64,000 bases of DNA from a virus (IMGVR_UViG_3300009420_000006:15734-79733), one strand, 5' to 3'. Counted from the first letter of the stretch, positions 7,728 to 17,469 are shown. The notes: generated by a model not told the origin, from the sequence alone. Numbers and translations are program-made.

Positions 7728-10700
7728 ATGTTATCACCAAAATTAACCAATTGCAAAGGATGTGCAGACATTCCTGATTTACTTAGAAGAATAGACTGTA
7801 AATTAGCAGAGCTAGGTAACAACTTATACAACAATGTTGTATTTATGTTGAATAGACCCATAGCGGTTACTGATATATCACAACTTTTAGTATACAAACG
7901 TGTACTAATGTTTAGATATTGTGATACACATTATGCAACTAGATGCCCAGAGATAAGTACAGAGGATATTGCTAGCAAGGTTATTCGTCTTACTGCTGGT
8001 TGTGTTTCATTATGTAATGAACCAACAGTATGTGAGATAACTACATGTGCTATTAAGCCATGTCCTAATCCTACAACTACTACTACTAGTACATCTAGTA
8101 CAAGTACAACTAGTACAACCTCTACAAGTAGTACAACAACAAGTACAACAACAATTAACTGTAACTTTACTGGTGTAATTGATTGTAGTATTACAACAAC
8201 AACAACCACTACACCTCCTCCTACTACTACAACAACAACCAGTTATTTCCCAGATGCATTTGGTATACCATGTTTATGGTCTACTAATGGAGGCAATCCA
8301 GGAAATCTAGCTGTATATAACTTTGATACTAATACGGCTACTGAAGTATTAGTTCCTAATGACTTTACTACTACAGTAGGTATTGAAAGACCTATATGTG
8401 CTACAGAAGATAAATTATGGTTAGCTAGTGTACTTGATCAAGGATCTAATTCAAATCATAATGACGATGTTGTATATATTAGAGAGTGGAATATAGATGG
8501 AACTACACCAAATGCTCCTACACTAACTTATGTAAGAGAAATAACAGTTTTAATAGGACAATACTCAGGAGCTAATCTTGGAGGTACAGCTGTGCAGGCT
8601 ATGACTGCTATAAGTAATGATAGACTTATTATTGGAACAGGTAATCTAGATGGACAACCCTCAGGTACTGGTGGAAGTGGTAGTATATATGTTCAAGAAT
8701 TTAATATTGCTTCTGGAGGAAATATTACAATTTCCGGAAATGATATGTCTTCTAGCTGGGCAGCTGCTGGACAACCTAATGCAGCTAAATTGAGTAATCT
8801 TACTTATACAAACTCAGGGCAACTTGTATTAGGATATAGAACAGATCTTCGTCCTGATGGATCTGGTTCAGCAGGTAATGTAGGTAACTACTTAAGAGTA
8901 TTCCCTACAACTCCATCTGATCCTGACTTTTCTATAAATAATACGGCAATTCAAATTATAAAACTTCAGGAACAAGGATATCCAGAATTTACAAATACTT
9001 ATGTAGGACCAAAAGATGCACCTTTCTGGGGTGTAAATGGATTAGCACAAGTATTACAACCAGAAACTCTGAATGTATATACTCTAGATCAGTTACCTCA
9101 GCAAACTTTTCCTGGAGGATATCAATTATCATTGACTACTAATGTAAGTAGTTCTAATGATTGGTTAAGTTCAGCTACAAATTGTTCTAATATTGAATTT
9201 AGTATACTTGACTCTCCTGACTGTGGTCTTACTTATTTCCCTCCATTCTTTGAACTTGGTAGTCAGACTTATCTTGGACCTCAGACATTCCAATATGCTG
9301 GAATGACATGTACAGCAAGTCTATCTAATACTTTAACTTCTGTTAGGACTGGTCTACCATCTAATATGGGTATGGAGTTTTTAGGATGTAGTGGACTTGT
9401 GAAACCACAATATCCTGGGGTTGGAGTAACTAAAAGTGTTATTGTACAAGGTAATGACTTTAGTATTACAATAGATTTCCCTCAACCAGTTAATAATATT
9501 CCAATTAGAGCTGGTGTTTTAAATAGTACTACAGATGGTACAGGAGGAGATGTATACTACGTAGATACTAATGGTGGACCTGTAACACTTTCTATAAATC
9601 AAGGATGTTTTGCTCAAGTTAATGGTAACAGACTATTTGGTGGAGTAGCAAATCCTCCAGGAGAACCAAATGCATATAGCAATGAAGGAGATGGAGAGTT
9701 TAAAGTTACTTCTACCAATAGCTTTACTTCTATGACAATATATGGTAATGCACCAACTGGTGGACCATTGTTCTTAGGATGTCCTCCAATAAATTGTGAC
9801 AACATGTTCTTTATAGAACAAGGAGGTTCTTCTTGTAATGCTCCTGAAAATGCTGGACTTTGTCCAATACCACCAGTTGTTCCAATAAATCAAACTTCAT
9901 TTACTAAAATGTATGTTTGGAATAAATTAACAGATGTGTGTACAGAAGTACCAACTCCAGTAGGTGAAGGATTTGCTTCTGGTGATACTGGAATAGGAGA
10001 TAATATAATTGTAATGTCTTCTAACATTAACACCTCCAGTACCTTTAAAGAAGCCTTTATAAAATATACATACGATAATGTAAATGACGTTCCTGGCAAC
10101 CTACAGTGGGATGGAGTACAATATGAGTTACCTACTGTCTGGAAAGATTATAACAATAATTCATTTATTCCAAATCTTGAGGTAATTGATGATCAAACAA
10201 TAGGTGTAATAGTAACTACAAGTGTTGCTGCACCAGAATATAGAGAATCTAAATTCTTAGTTTGTACATTCCCTACAACTGGTACAGAAATGATAGTTGA
10301 AGAGAAATTTACTCTTTCAGCAGGACATATAGGATCTGGAGATATAGTAGTAACATATAAAGTAGATGGTGTAACACCGAACAAAGTTCTAGTGTTAGGA
10401 GGAGTAGATGTATTTGTAAATGATAATAATTTTCTAGATAGCATACTTGCAGTTCAACAATATGACTATGATACAGGAGTTCTAGAAGTAACTACAAGAA
10501 GAGATGACTTTGGAGTTGATCCAACAATGGGTGGTGCATACTTAGCTATAGTGGATGGAGAACTTTATGCAGGAGCTAACTTGGCATGTAAGATATCTTT
10601 TACTGCTCCATATGCGTGGACTCAACTAAATGCTAATGAGAGATCATGTCCTGCTGGTGGAGCTGGTACATTACCTGGATGTAGAAAAAGTGATGGGTTT

Positions 10701-10811
10701 ATTATAGATCCTAATGTAACCACTACTACAACTAGTAGCACAACAACGATAATACCATCTGGTGTAAGAACAATATTCACTAAATTTTATCCTATTGTAA
10801 CTAATAATTGA
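7728..10811 (+). CDS. Hub-like Cys-rich N-domain with Thr stalks and beta-rich domains (fibre/adhesin)
   Basis: About 110 aa Cys/helical N-domain, poly-Thr/Ser linkers, then large beta-rich domains and a C-terminal Thr tract. Confidence 0.55.
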   Translation: MLSPKLTNCKGCADIPDLLRRIDCKLAELGNNLYNNVVFMLNRPIAVTDISQLLVYKRVLMFRYCDTHYATRCPEISTEDIASKVIRLTAGCVSLCNEPTVCEITTCAIKPCPNPTTTTTSTSSTSTTSTTSTSSTTTSTTTINCNFTGVIDCSITTTTTTTPPPTTTTTTSYFPDAFGIPCLWSTNGGNPGNLAVYNFDTNTATEVLVPNDFTTTVGIERPICATEDKLWLASVLDQGSNSNHNDDVVYIREWNIDGTTPNAPTLTYVREITVLIGQYSGANLGGTAVQAMTAISNDRLIIGTGNLDGQPSGTGGSGSIYVQEFNIASGGNITISGNDMSSSWAAAGQPNAAKLSNLTYTNSGQLVLGYRTDLRPDGSGSAGNVGNYLRVFPTTPSDPDFSINNTAIQIIKLQEQGYPEFTNTYVGPKDAPFWGVNGLAQVLQPETLNVYTLDQLPQQTFPGGYQLSLTTNVSSSNDWLSSATNCSNIEFSILDSPDCGLTYFPPFFELGSQTYLGPQTFQYAGMTCTASLSNTLTSVRTGLPSNMGMEFLGCSGLVKPQYPGVGVTKSVIVQGNDFSITIDFPQPVNNIPIRAGVLNSTTDGTGGDVYYVDTNGGPVTLSINQGCFAQVNGNRLFGGVANPPGEPNAYSNEGDGEFKVTSTNSFTSMTIYGNAPTGGPLFLGCPPINCDNMFFIEQGGSSCNAPENAGLCPIPPVVPINQTSFTKMYVWNKLTDVCTEVPTPVGEGFASGDTGIGDNIIVMSSNINTSSTFKEAFIKYTYDNVNDVPGNLQWDGVQYELPTVWKDYNNNSFIPNLEVIDDQTIGVIVTTSVAAPEYRESKFLVCTFPTTGTEMIVEEKFTLSAGHIGSGDIVVTYKVDGVTPNKVLVLGGVDVFVNDNNFLDSILAVQQYDYDTGVLEVTTRRDDFGVDPTMGGAYLAIVDGELYAGANLACKISFTAPYAWTQLNANERSCPAGGAGTLPGCRKSDGFIIDPNVTTTTTSSTTTIIPSGVRTIFTKFYPIVTNN

Positions 10812-10813
10812 TT

Positions 10814-13147
10814 ATGAGATTAACGCAACACATATTAGATAAGATTGAAGAATTGAGATTACAATATCCCAATGCTACATCTATTGGATTTGGAAAGAAA
10901 CAATCTAATGGTGTAGAAACTGGTGAGTTTGCTATTATAGTGGGAGTAAAAGAAAAGAAAGATACTTCTTTAATTCCTGCAAATGAGTTGCTTCCAGTTG
11001 AGGTTATTGTAAGTAATCAAAGCTTAAAAACAGATGTAGTAGAAGTATATGAAAACTTTGTATTAGGAACATGTTCTTCTAGTTGTGGTAACATAAATCC
11101 TGGAACAAACAATGCAGCTAATAGAGCTACTGTAAGACCTATTCAAGGAGGAACTTCCATGTCTAGTAGAAACAATAATACTACAGTGGGAACTTTGGGA
11201 GGTATAGTACGTCATACAGATAGTGGGTGTACAGTGGGATTAACAAACAATCATGTTAGTATAAGTGATGCATTCTTTACAACTGCTAGAGATTCAAACG
11301 GTATTCTAGAAAATGATTATGATCCAGTAAACCGAGTTTATCAAAATGGAGAACAAGGAAGTTCTACTCCTACTTCATTAAACTTTGGAGTAAGTCTAAG
11401 ATATGTTCCTATACATCCTTTAAGTACAGGATTAGTAAATCAGGTAGATGCAGCTATATTTTCTATTGATGAGAGTGCATTTTCAATATCACAGTCCTGG
11501 AATCAAGTAGGGCTAGAATCTATACTTGGAAACAACGCTCCACCTTTTGCAAGTACTACTGAACTAGATAATTTACTAGCTACTAATCCTCGTGTTTACA
11601 GTTCTGGAAGAACAACTGGAGCAAAAGGATTTACTCCTGATTGTCCTATGACAATACATCAAACAGGTGTTACTATTAACTTAGAATATAAACTACAAGG
11701 AGTAGGTACGTTATGTCAATTTAGCAGATCTATTTCATTTATAAAACCAACTCAAGAAGAACCCAATGCTCAAAACCCTAGTTCAGTTTGTCCTAATCCT
11801 ATATTTAGTGGTGACTCAGGATCTTTCTTACTAGCAGATATAAATGGAACTATCAAGATAATAGGAATATGTTATGCTGGTAGTGCGAATGCTTCAGGTG
11901 TAGCTATTATAGGTTATGCATGTAGAATAGATGATGTAGCAACACAATTAGGAATAGAACAATATGTAGATACAGCAACAAATGCTGGAGTAATGGTAGA
12001 TCCAACTACTGTTGAATATAGAACTATAGCAGGTGCGAGTGATGAAAAGTTTATTTTATGTGAAAACGAAGAATACTGGCAAGTAGGATTTACAGGTAGT
12101 TTATTAAATAACTGTGTTGCTGAAACAACTACTACTAGCACATCTACGAGCACTTCTAGTACTACAACTACAACAACTACACCTGTACCTACTACAACTA
12201 CAACAACTACCCCTGTGCCTACTACCACTACTACAAGTAGTTCTACTAGCACAAGTACCTCTACTAGTACATCAACTAGTACCAGTACAAGCACATCAAC
12301 TAGTACAAGTACAAGTACCAGTACGTCAACTAGTACCAGTACGTCTACTACTAGTACCAGCACTTCTACTAGTACAACAACCAGCACTACTACTTTAACA
12401 CCAACTACTACAACTACTACTACAACCGAAAAGATCTTTAATTTGGACTGGAGTATAGCTGGAAGTCCTCAACCGGAGTTTAGTGGTGGTACACTTATAA
12501 TATTAAAAAATAGTATTGAAGTTCTTAATGAAACTATAGATTCAACAACTCCTTCTAAGAGTGGGGTGATAACATATATTAATGGTGACTCTTTTAATTT
12601 CAAACAGGTTACTACCAATTCAAGTGGTGGTACTTTATCAATTGATCATCAGAGAAGTGGTACTCCTTCTGCAAGTATTCCTACACTTCCTGAAACTCAA
12701 TTTGTAACTACTGGTAATTCGTTCCAATCAACTAGTACTGCTACTCTCGGAGCTTTTGATTCTACAGTGGCTTTTACATCGATTTCTACTGTGGCAGTTA
12801 ATGGATCAGTAACTGTAAATTATGCAGATGCCGGAAATCAGAGTTTCTATTCAATTATAACAAACCAATCTGGAACCCAGGTATTCTTAGCAGTATCTGA
12901 TCCTATAGATAATGGTACTACAGCTGTAAACTTTATAATTGGTGATCAATACCAAATAGAAACTTATTATGAAGCTACACAACCTGGTCCTCAAAGAACT
13001 ATTACTCAATCTGGATCTGGAGCAGGAATGTCTCCATTTGCTGATAGTCTAACAGGTAATGTTAACACTATAATAGGTCCTAATACTAGTACTTTTACCC
13101 CAACGACAGATTCTTCTGCTATAATAATTAGTATAAATCAAAATTAA
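10814..13147 (+). CDS. Trypsin-like (Nal1-type) serine protease fused to a Thr/Ser stalk and a beta-rich C-domain
   Basis: Motifs GTLG, LTNNHV (His), VDAA (Asp), GRTTG and GDSGS (Ser). The ATG at 10814 is more likely than the track's TTG at 10808. Confidence 0.8.
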   Translation: MRLTQHILDKIEELRLQYPNATSIGFGKKQSNGVETGEFAIIVGVKEKKDTSLIPANELLPVEVIVSNQSLKTDVVEVYENFVLGTCSSSCGNINPGTNNAANRATVRPIQGGTSMSSRNNNTTVGTLGGIVRHTDSGCTVGLTNNHVSISDAFFTTARDSNGILENDYDPVNRVYQNGEQGSSTPTSLNFGVSLRYVPIHPLSTGLVNQVDAAIFSIDESAFSISQSWNQVGLESILGNNAPPFASTTELDNLLATNPRVYSSGRTTGAKGFTPDCPMTIHQTGVTINLEYKLQGVGTLCQFSRSISFIKPTQEEPNAQNPSSVCPNPIFSGDSGSFLLADINGTIKIIGICYAGSANASGVAIIGYACRIDDVATQLGIEQYVDTATNAGVMVDPTTVEYRTIAGASDEKFILCENEEYWQVGFTGSLLNNCVAETTTTSTSTSTSSTTTTTTTPVPTTTTTTTPVPTTTTTSSSTSTSTSTSTSTSTSTSTSTSTSTSTSTSTSTSTSTTSTSTSTSTTTSTTTLTPTTTTTTTTEKIFNLDWSIAGSPQPEFSGGTLIILKNSIEVLNETIDSTTPSKSGVITYINGDSFNFKQVTTNSSGGTLSIDHQRSGTPSASIPTLPETQFVTTGNSFQSTSTATLGAFDSTVAFTSISTVAVNGSVTVNYADAGNQSFYSIITNQSGTQVFLAVSDPIDNGTTAVNFIIGDQYQIETYYEATQPGPQRTITQSGSGAGMSPFADSLTGNVNTIIGPNTSTFTPTTDSSAIIISINQN

Positions 13148-13167
13148 ACAAATAAAATAATAAAATT

Positions 13168-14316
13168 ATGTCAACACAAAATTGCTCAAATTGTTACAAC
13201 GGCTGTACTGAAATTACTTCAGACAAGTGCGTTAAATATACAGGAGTAGATGTACCTATATTAGGAATAAAGAATGGAGATTCTTTATCTTTTGTAGAAC
13301 AAGCTCTTATTACTTTTTTAGGTGCTGCTTTAGATGGCACAGGAATACTTCCTGTAGTTCCTGCATCAGATATATGTCCTGTAGTACAGGCTAATCTAGA
13401 TGATTGTAATCCTCTATCCTTAAATAATTATCTTGTAGGTATAATAAAAACTATTTGTATATTAAATGAACAACTAGAAAATATACAAGGTGGTGCACCT
13501 AATGGTGCATATACTTTAGAATGTGTTACAGGAGTTCAAAATCCAAATAGTACATCTGATGTACTACAGCAAACTATAGTAAAGTTATGTGAAGTTGAGC
13601 AATCACTAAACACTTTTATTACAGATGTTACAAATAACTATGTACAAATTGTTGACATAAATACATACATAGAAAACTATTTTAATACTAATCCTGAGCA
13701 ACAATTACTTAGTAATAGAATGGTTCCAGGTTCTGCTCAAGCTTACTTTGGAGCATTAACACCGTTTGATGCATCAGGTGCAGGTATAGGTATATGGAAC
13801 AGAATATTTCTATGTAACGGAAACAATGGTACACCTGATTTAAGAGGAAGAGTAATAGTTACTGTAAACTCTGCTGAAATGGGTGGAGGAACATTAGATA
13901 ATGCTGTTAATCCTTCTTTAGTTGGAAACCCTGCTTATAATATAAATTCTCAAACAGGAACTAATCAAGTTACTTTATCTATACAACAAATGCCAGGGCA
14001 CGGTCACACAACAAATACAGGTACAAATACAACTGGAACATCAAACCCTGCAACTCATAAACACCAAATGTTAGTTAAACCAGGGGTGATGGGCCAACCT
14101 GGAAATACTGATTATTCTAATCCTGGAGGAAAGGGAGAAGGTGGTAGAAGAACAATGGATGCTGGTGTTGCTGGTTCTGGTAGTTATAACGCAGCATATA
14201 CAGAATTAGAAGGACAACACAATCATGCAATAAGTATTGATCAAACTGGTGGAGGATTATCACACGATAATTACCAACCTTCATACTCAGCATACTATAT
14301 TATTTATTTACCTTAA
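13168..14316 (+). CDS. Tail fibre protein with a tail-collar domain
   Basis: N-terminal CVKYTG module and coiled segments, then LCNGNNGTPDLRGRV (collar motif) and His pairs (HGH, HKH, HNH) typical of trimeric fibre tips. Confidence 0.7.
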   Translation: MSTQNCSNCYNGCTEITSDKCVKYTGVDVPILGIKNGDSLSFVEQALITFLGAALDGTGILPVVPASDICPVVQANLDDCNPLSLNNYLVGIIKTICILNEQLENIQGGAPNGAYTLECVTGVQNPNSTSDVLQQTIVKLCEVEQSLNTFITDVTNNYVQIVDINTYIENYFNTNPEQQLLSNRMVPGSAQAYFGALTPFDASGAGIGIWNRIFLCNGNNGTPDLRGRVIVTVNSAEMGGGTLDNAVNPSLVGNPAYNINSQTGTNQVTLSIQQMPGHGHTTNTGTNTTGTSNPATHKHQMLVKPGVMGQPGNTDYSNPGGKGEGGRRTMDAGVAGSGSYNAAYTELEGQHNHAISIDQTGGGLSHDNYQPSYSAYYIIYLP

Positions 14317-14327
14317 TACTAAAAACT

Positions 14328-14639
14328 ATGGCATACTTATCTACAAACCCTTGTTGTACAGATATAACACTAAATTCAACTTGTGGGTGTTCAGGCACTA
14401 CAACTGCTGATCCATGTAAGACTGGAGTACACTATTCAAAATCTATTACATATAATGGACCTACGTTACCTTGTTCAAATGTGCAACCTTGTGATGATTT
14501 AAACGTTGCTTTGTCTAAAATTGACGAACTTCTTTGTATATTGAAGACTCAACAAGTAACAAATACATCAGACATTGCTAATATTAAAGAACAAGTGATA
14601 CTGATAAATCAAACATTAAACACCTGTTGTGCATCATAA
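14328..14639 (+). CDS. Small Cys-rich fibre-associated protein
   Basis: Carries the YNGP module shared with the 13168, 57644 and 58054 ORFs, plus a coiled coil. Confidence 0.55.
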   Translation: MAYLSTNPCCTDITLNSTCGCSGTTTADPCKTGVHYSKSITYNGPTLPCSNVQPCDDLNVALSKIDELLCILKTQQVTNTSDIANIKEQVILINQTLNTCCAS

Positions 14640-14914
14640 TGGAAGCATTTATAAAACTAACAACTGCAGGAAATAATACTGGACCCTTCAATCTTTTTTC
14701 AGATGTGAATGGGTTTACTACTGTCTTTGAATCTGGTATAACTAAAGCTTCTTTATTAGCTGGTTACACTAGTACTGTAGTTCCTGACTTTACTACTGTG
14801 ATAAAGGTAACATCAGATTCATTATGTACAAATAGTTTTGATATTATATTACAACAACCAACAACAACAACTAGTACTAGTAGCACAACAAGCACAACAA
14901 CGACAATACCATAA
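14639..14914 (+). CDS. Small 'GPF' module protein with a Thr tail
   Basis: A TAATG overlap places the start at 14639; contains AGNNTGPFNLFSDV. Confidence 0.6.
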   Translation: MEAFIKLTTAGNNTGPFNLFSDVNGFTTVFESGITKASLLAGYTSTVVPDFTTVIKVTSDSLCTNSFDIILQQPTTTTSTSSTTSTTTTIP

Positions 14915-14916
14915 TT

Positions 14917-16050
14917 ATGGCTTTAATAGAGATAACATTAACAATAGACGGACAAGCAGGACCATTTGATTTATTTTCAAATGTAGATAACTATGTAAAC
15001 CCTTTTGAAACACAAGTACCTGCTGCAAGTTTAACTGGTGGATATATAACATCATTAGCTCCTCCAAATACTTCTATTGTTAGAATTTGCTCTACAGGCG
15101 TTTGTACTAATTGTATAGATGTTCCTACTAATTGTCCTACCACTACAACAACAACTAGTTCCAGTACTTCCACTACTACAAGTACTTCAACATCAACATC
15201 AACAACTACTACAGAAGTACCACCAAATAGATTTAACTGGGAGCTTATAACAAATACACCAGGATCATTAATTGCAGCCGACCCACAAAAATCTACTTTA
15301 ACAGTTACTGTTAATGCAGTTGAAGTGGTAAATGTAGCTATTACAGGAAGTGCATCTTCAGCAAGTGGTTCAGTAGATATACTACCAGGAGATATTGTAG
15401 CTGCTAACATCTTTACTCAAAGAGAGGGTATGTATAACTTTATTCATACAATAGTAGAAGATGGTATATTCTATCAACCACAAGATGAATGTCTTGACTG
15501 TTTTGACGATTACACTACTGTTATGTCTCCAAACTTTGTAGGAGCAGGGGTAGATGTAGATTTCTCTTTTGTAGCTGATACGTATAAAGAACTTACTACA
15601 ACAACTACCACAACTATAGCAGCAACTACAACAACAACTACAAGTAGTACCTCTTCAACAACAACAACAACTACAACTTGTGATTGTTCATTAAATGGTG
15701 CAAGTGTAACTCTTGTAAGTGGCTCAACGACAACAACAACAACTCTTCAACCAACAACTACTACAACTACTACTAATGCTGGAGCAAATATTCCAGGATT
15801 GATCTCTACTTTATTTACATCAAACCTTGCTGTTGGTATTTGTGAATATGCAGTAAATCAATTTGTTTGGAAAACCGGAACGACTACTGTTGCTTTTGGT
15901 GATTTTCTTTTCACTCAATCTGGAGGGTCTGTCGGTAGTGTATTTGATGGTGACTCTAAATATTGGCATGCTAATTTTGATGGAGATAGCTATATAGTAA
16001 AAGTAAATAGTCTTGGTGAGATTACATATGTAACTAATTGTAACCCTTAA
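14917..16050 (+). CDS. 'GPF' module with Thr stalks and beta domains (putative fibre)
   Basis: GQAGPFDLFSNV N-domain and several poly-Thr tracts. Confidence 0.6.
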   Translation: MALIEITLTIDGQAGPFDLFSNVDNYVNPFETQVPAASLTGGYITSLAPPNTSIVRICSTGVCTNCIDVPTNCPTTTTTTSSSTSTTTSTSTSTSTTTTEVPPNRFNWELITNTPGSLIAADPQKSTLTVTVNAVEVVNVAITGSASSASGSVDILPGDIVAANIFTQREGMYNFIHTIVEDGIFYQPQDECLDCFDDYTTVMSPNFVGAGVDVDFSFVADTYKELTTTTTTTIAATTTTTTSSTSSTTTTTTTCDCSLNGASVTLVSGSTTTTTTLQPTTTTTTTNAGANIPGLISTLFTSNLAVGICEYAVNQFVWKTGTTTVAFGDFLFTQSGGSVGSVFDGDSKYWHANFDGDSYIVKVNSLGEITYVTNCNP

Positions 16051-16062
16051 AATTAATTTATA

Positions 16063-16614
16063 ATGGCAAACAACATAATATTTAATATAAAACTTACCAG
16101 TGCAGGAAATTGTTCAGGACCAGTTGATCTTTATTCAGATGTAGATAACTATGTAACAGCATTTGAGAGTGGGGTTTCTATAACACAATTAACAAGTGCA
16201 TTAGGTTACAACACAAGTAATGTTCCAGCTGGAACTATTATTATAAGAATACAAAATGCTAATACTAATCATGCTTGTAATGATAACTATGTAGATGTTT
16301 CACTTCCTGGAACTGAATATACAGAAGGATATTTCTTTGATAGTACACCTTATGCTTCATCTGGTGCTGGATGTATTGCTGGAGATGATACTGATAGTCA
16401 ATACTTTCATAATGGTATTGTTATAGGAAATTTATATATACCACCGGAAGGAAGTTTCTTATATGATTTTAGTGATCCAGTGGGAGCAACTTTACTAAAC
16501 TTAACACCAGGTTGGTATGGAATAGCAAATGATACAAACATACCTGTCGAAGCAATGATATTAATAGGAGCAAATGGATATGAAGTTGAATGTTGTAATG
16601 TTCTATGTCCATAA
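16063..16614 (+). CDS. 'GPF' module with a small C-terminal domain
   Basis: AGNCSGPVDLYSDV N-domain. Confidence 0.6.
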   Translation: MANNIIFNIKLTSAGNCSGPVDLYSDVDNYVTAFESGVSITQLTSALGYNTSNVPAGTIIIRIQNANTNHACNDNYVDVSLPGTEYTEGYFFDSTPYASSGAGCIAGDDTDSQYFHNGIVIGNLYIPPEGSFLYDFSDPVGATLLNLTPGWYGIANDTNIPVEAMILIGANGYEVECCNVLCP

Positions 16615-16629
16615 CAATAAAAATATAAA

Positions 16630-17298
16630 ATGGCAATATTAATACAAGCTAGTAGTGTAGGAAGTGATGCAGGACCTTTTAACTTGTTTTCTCAAGTAAA
16701 TGGATTTACAGAATCTTTTGAAACAGGTATAACATCTCTTCAACTTCTTGTAGGGTTTGTTTCATACAATGTCCCTGCAGGTACTACAGTGGTTAGAATT
16801 CAATCTTCTAATGATGATTGTAATTCTTTTGTAGATGAACCTATAGATACACCTCCTGTTTGTCCAAACACTGTTCCTGTTTTTCAGATATGTAATACTA
16901 ACTCATCAATGGATGATAACTTTAATATACTTTTAAACGGAGTTACAATAGGATCTGTTGACCTAAGTCAAAATGCTCAAGTAGGAGCAGTATTTATTGC
17001 TAGCACTACTCCAGTAACTTTAACTGAACCAAACTTCCCATGTCCTTTAGGTGGTATGCAATTATTCTTTTTTGATCCAGCTTTAATATCTTATAGAAAC
17101 CATATAGAAATGGTAAATACACAAAATAACGGAAATGGTAATCTAGGAAACTTAGCAATAAGTAACTACGATTTAGCAGGTAGTATATTATCAAATCCAT
17201 GTCTCGTAAATACATTTCAGTTTAGTGGAAGTTCAGGAGATAATTTTAGTTTTACTTGGATTTATGATCAATGCTGTCAATCACAACCATTACTTTAA
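16630..17298 (+). CDS. 'GPF' module with a Cys-rich C-terminal domain
   Basis: GSDAGPFNLFSQV N-domain. Confidence 0.6.
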   Translation: MAILIQASSVGSDAGPFNLFSQVNGFTESFETGITSLQLLVGFVSYNVPAGTTVVRIQSSNDDCNSFVDEPIDTPPVCPNTVPVFQICNTNSSMDDNFNILLNGVTIGSVDLSQNAQVGAVFIASTTPVTLTEPNFPCPLGGMQLFFFDPALISYRNHIEMVNTQNNGNGNLGNLAISNYDLAGSILSNPCLVNTFQFSGSSGDNFSFTWIYDQCCQSQPLL

Positions 17299-17299
17299 A

Positions 17300-17361
17300 A
17301 AGTTCTCTTTTGTTGGTTTTAGAGAACTTCTCCCAGGGGCAAAAGCCCCTAGGGAGTTTTT
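17300..17361 (+). terminator. Double hairpin: 12-nt-loop stem followed by an intrinsic terminator
   Basis: AAGTTCTCT-TTTGTTGGTTTT-AGAGAACTT, then CTCCCAGGGGC-AAAA-GCCCCTAGGGAG-TTTTT. Confidence 0.8.
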
Positions 17362-17366
17362 ACATA

Positions 17367-17441
17367 TAATCAGATTAGTTATAAAGAATAACTCTCATGG
17401 TTAAGTTTTTTATGTTTAGTCAAATAATTTATCTATCTTTA
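17367..17441 (+). promoter_or_regulatory. Putative promoter with tandem TAAY-N7-GTTA boxes
   Basis: TAAT-N7-GTTA, 7 nt, TAAC-N7-GTTA, then 30 nt to the -7-like TATCTTTA (17434-17441). Confidence 0.45.
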
Positions 17442-17469
17442 CAACATTTACTAATTAAATACAGGACAA

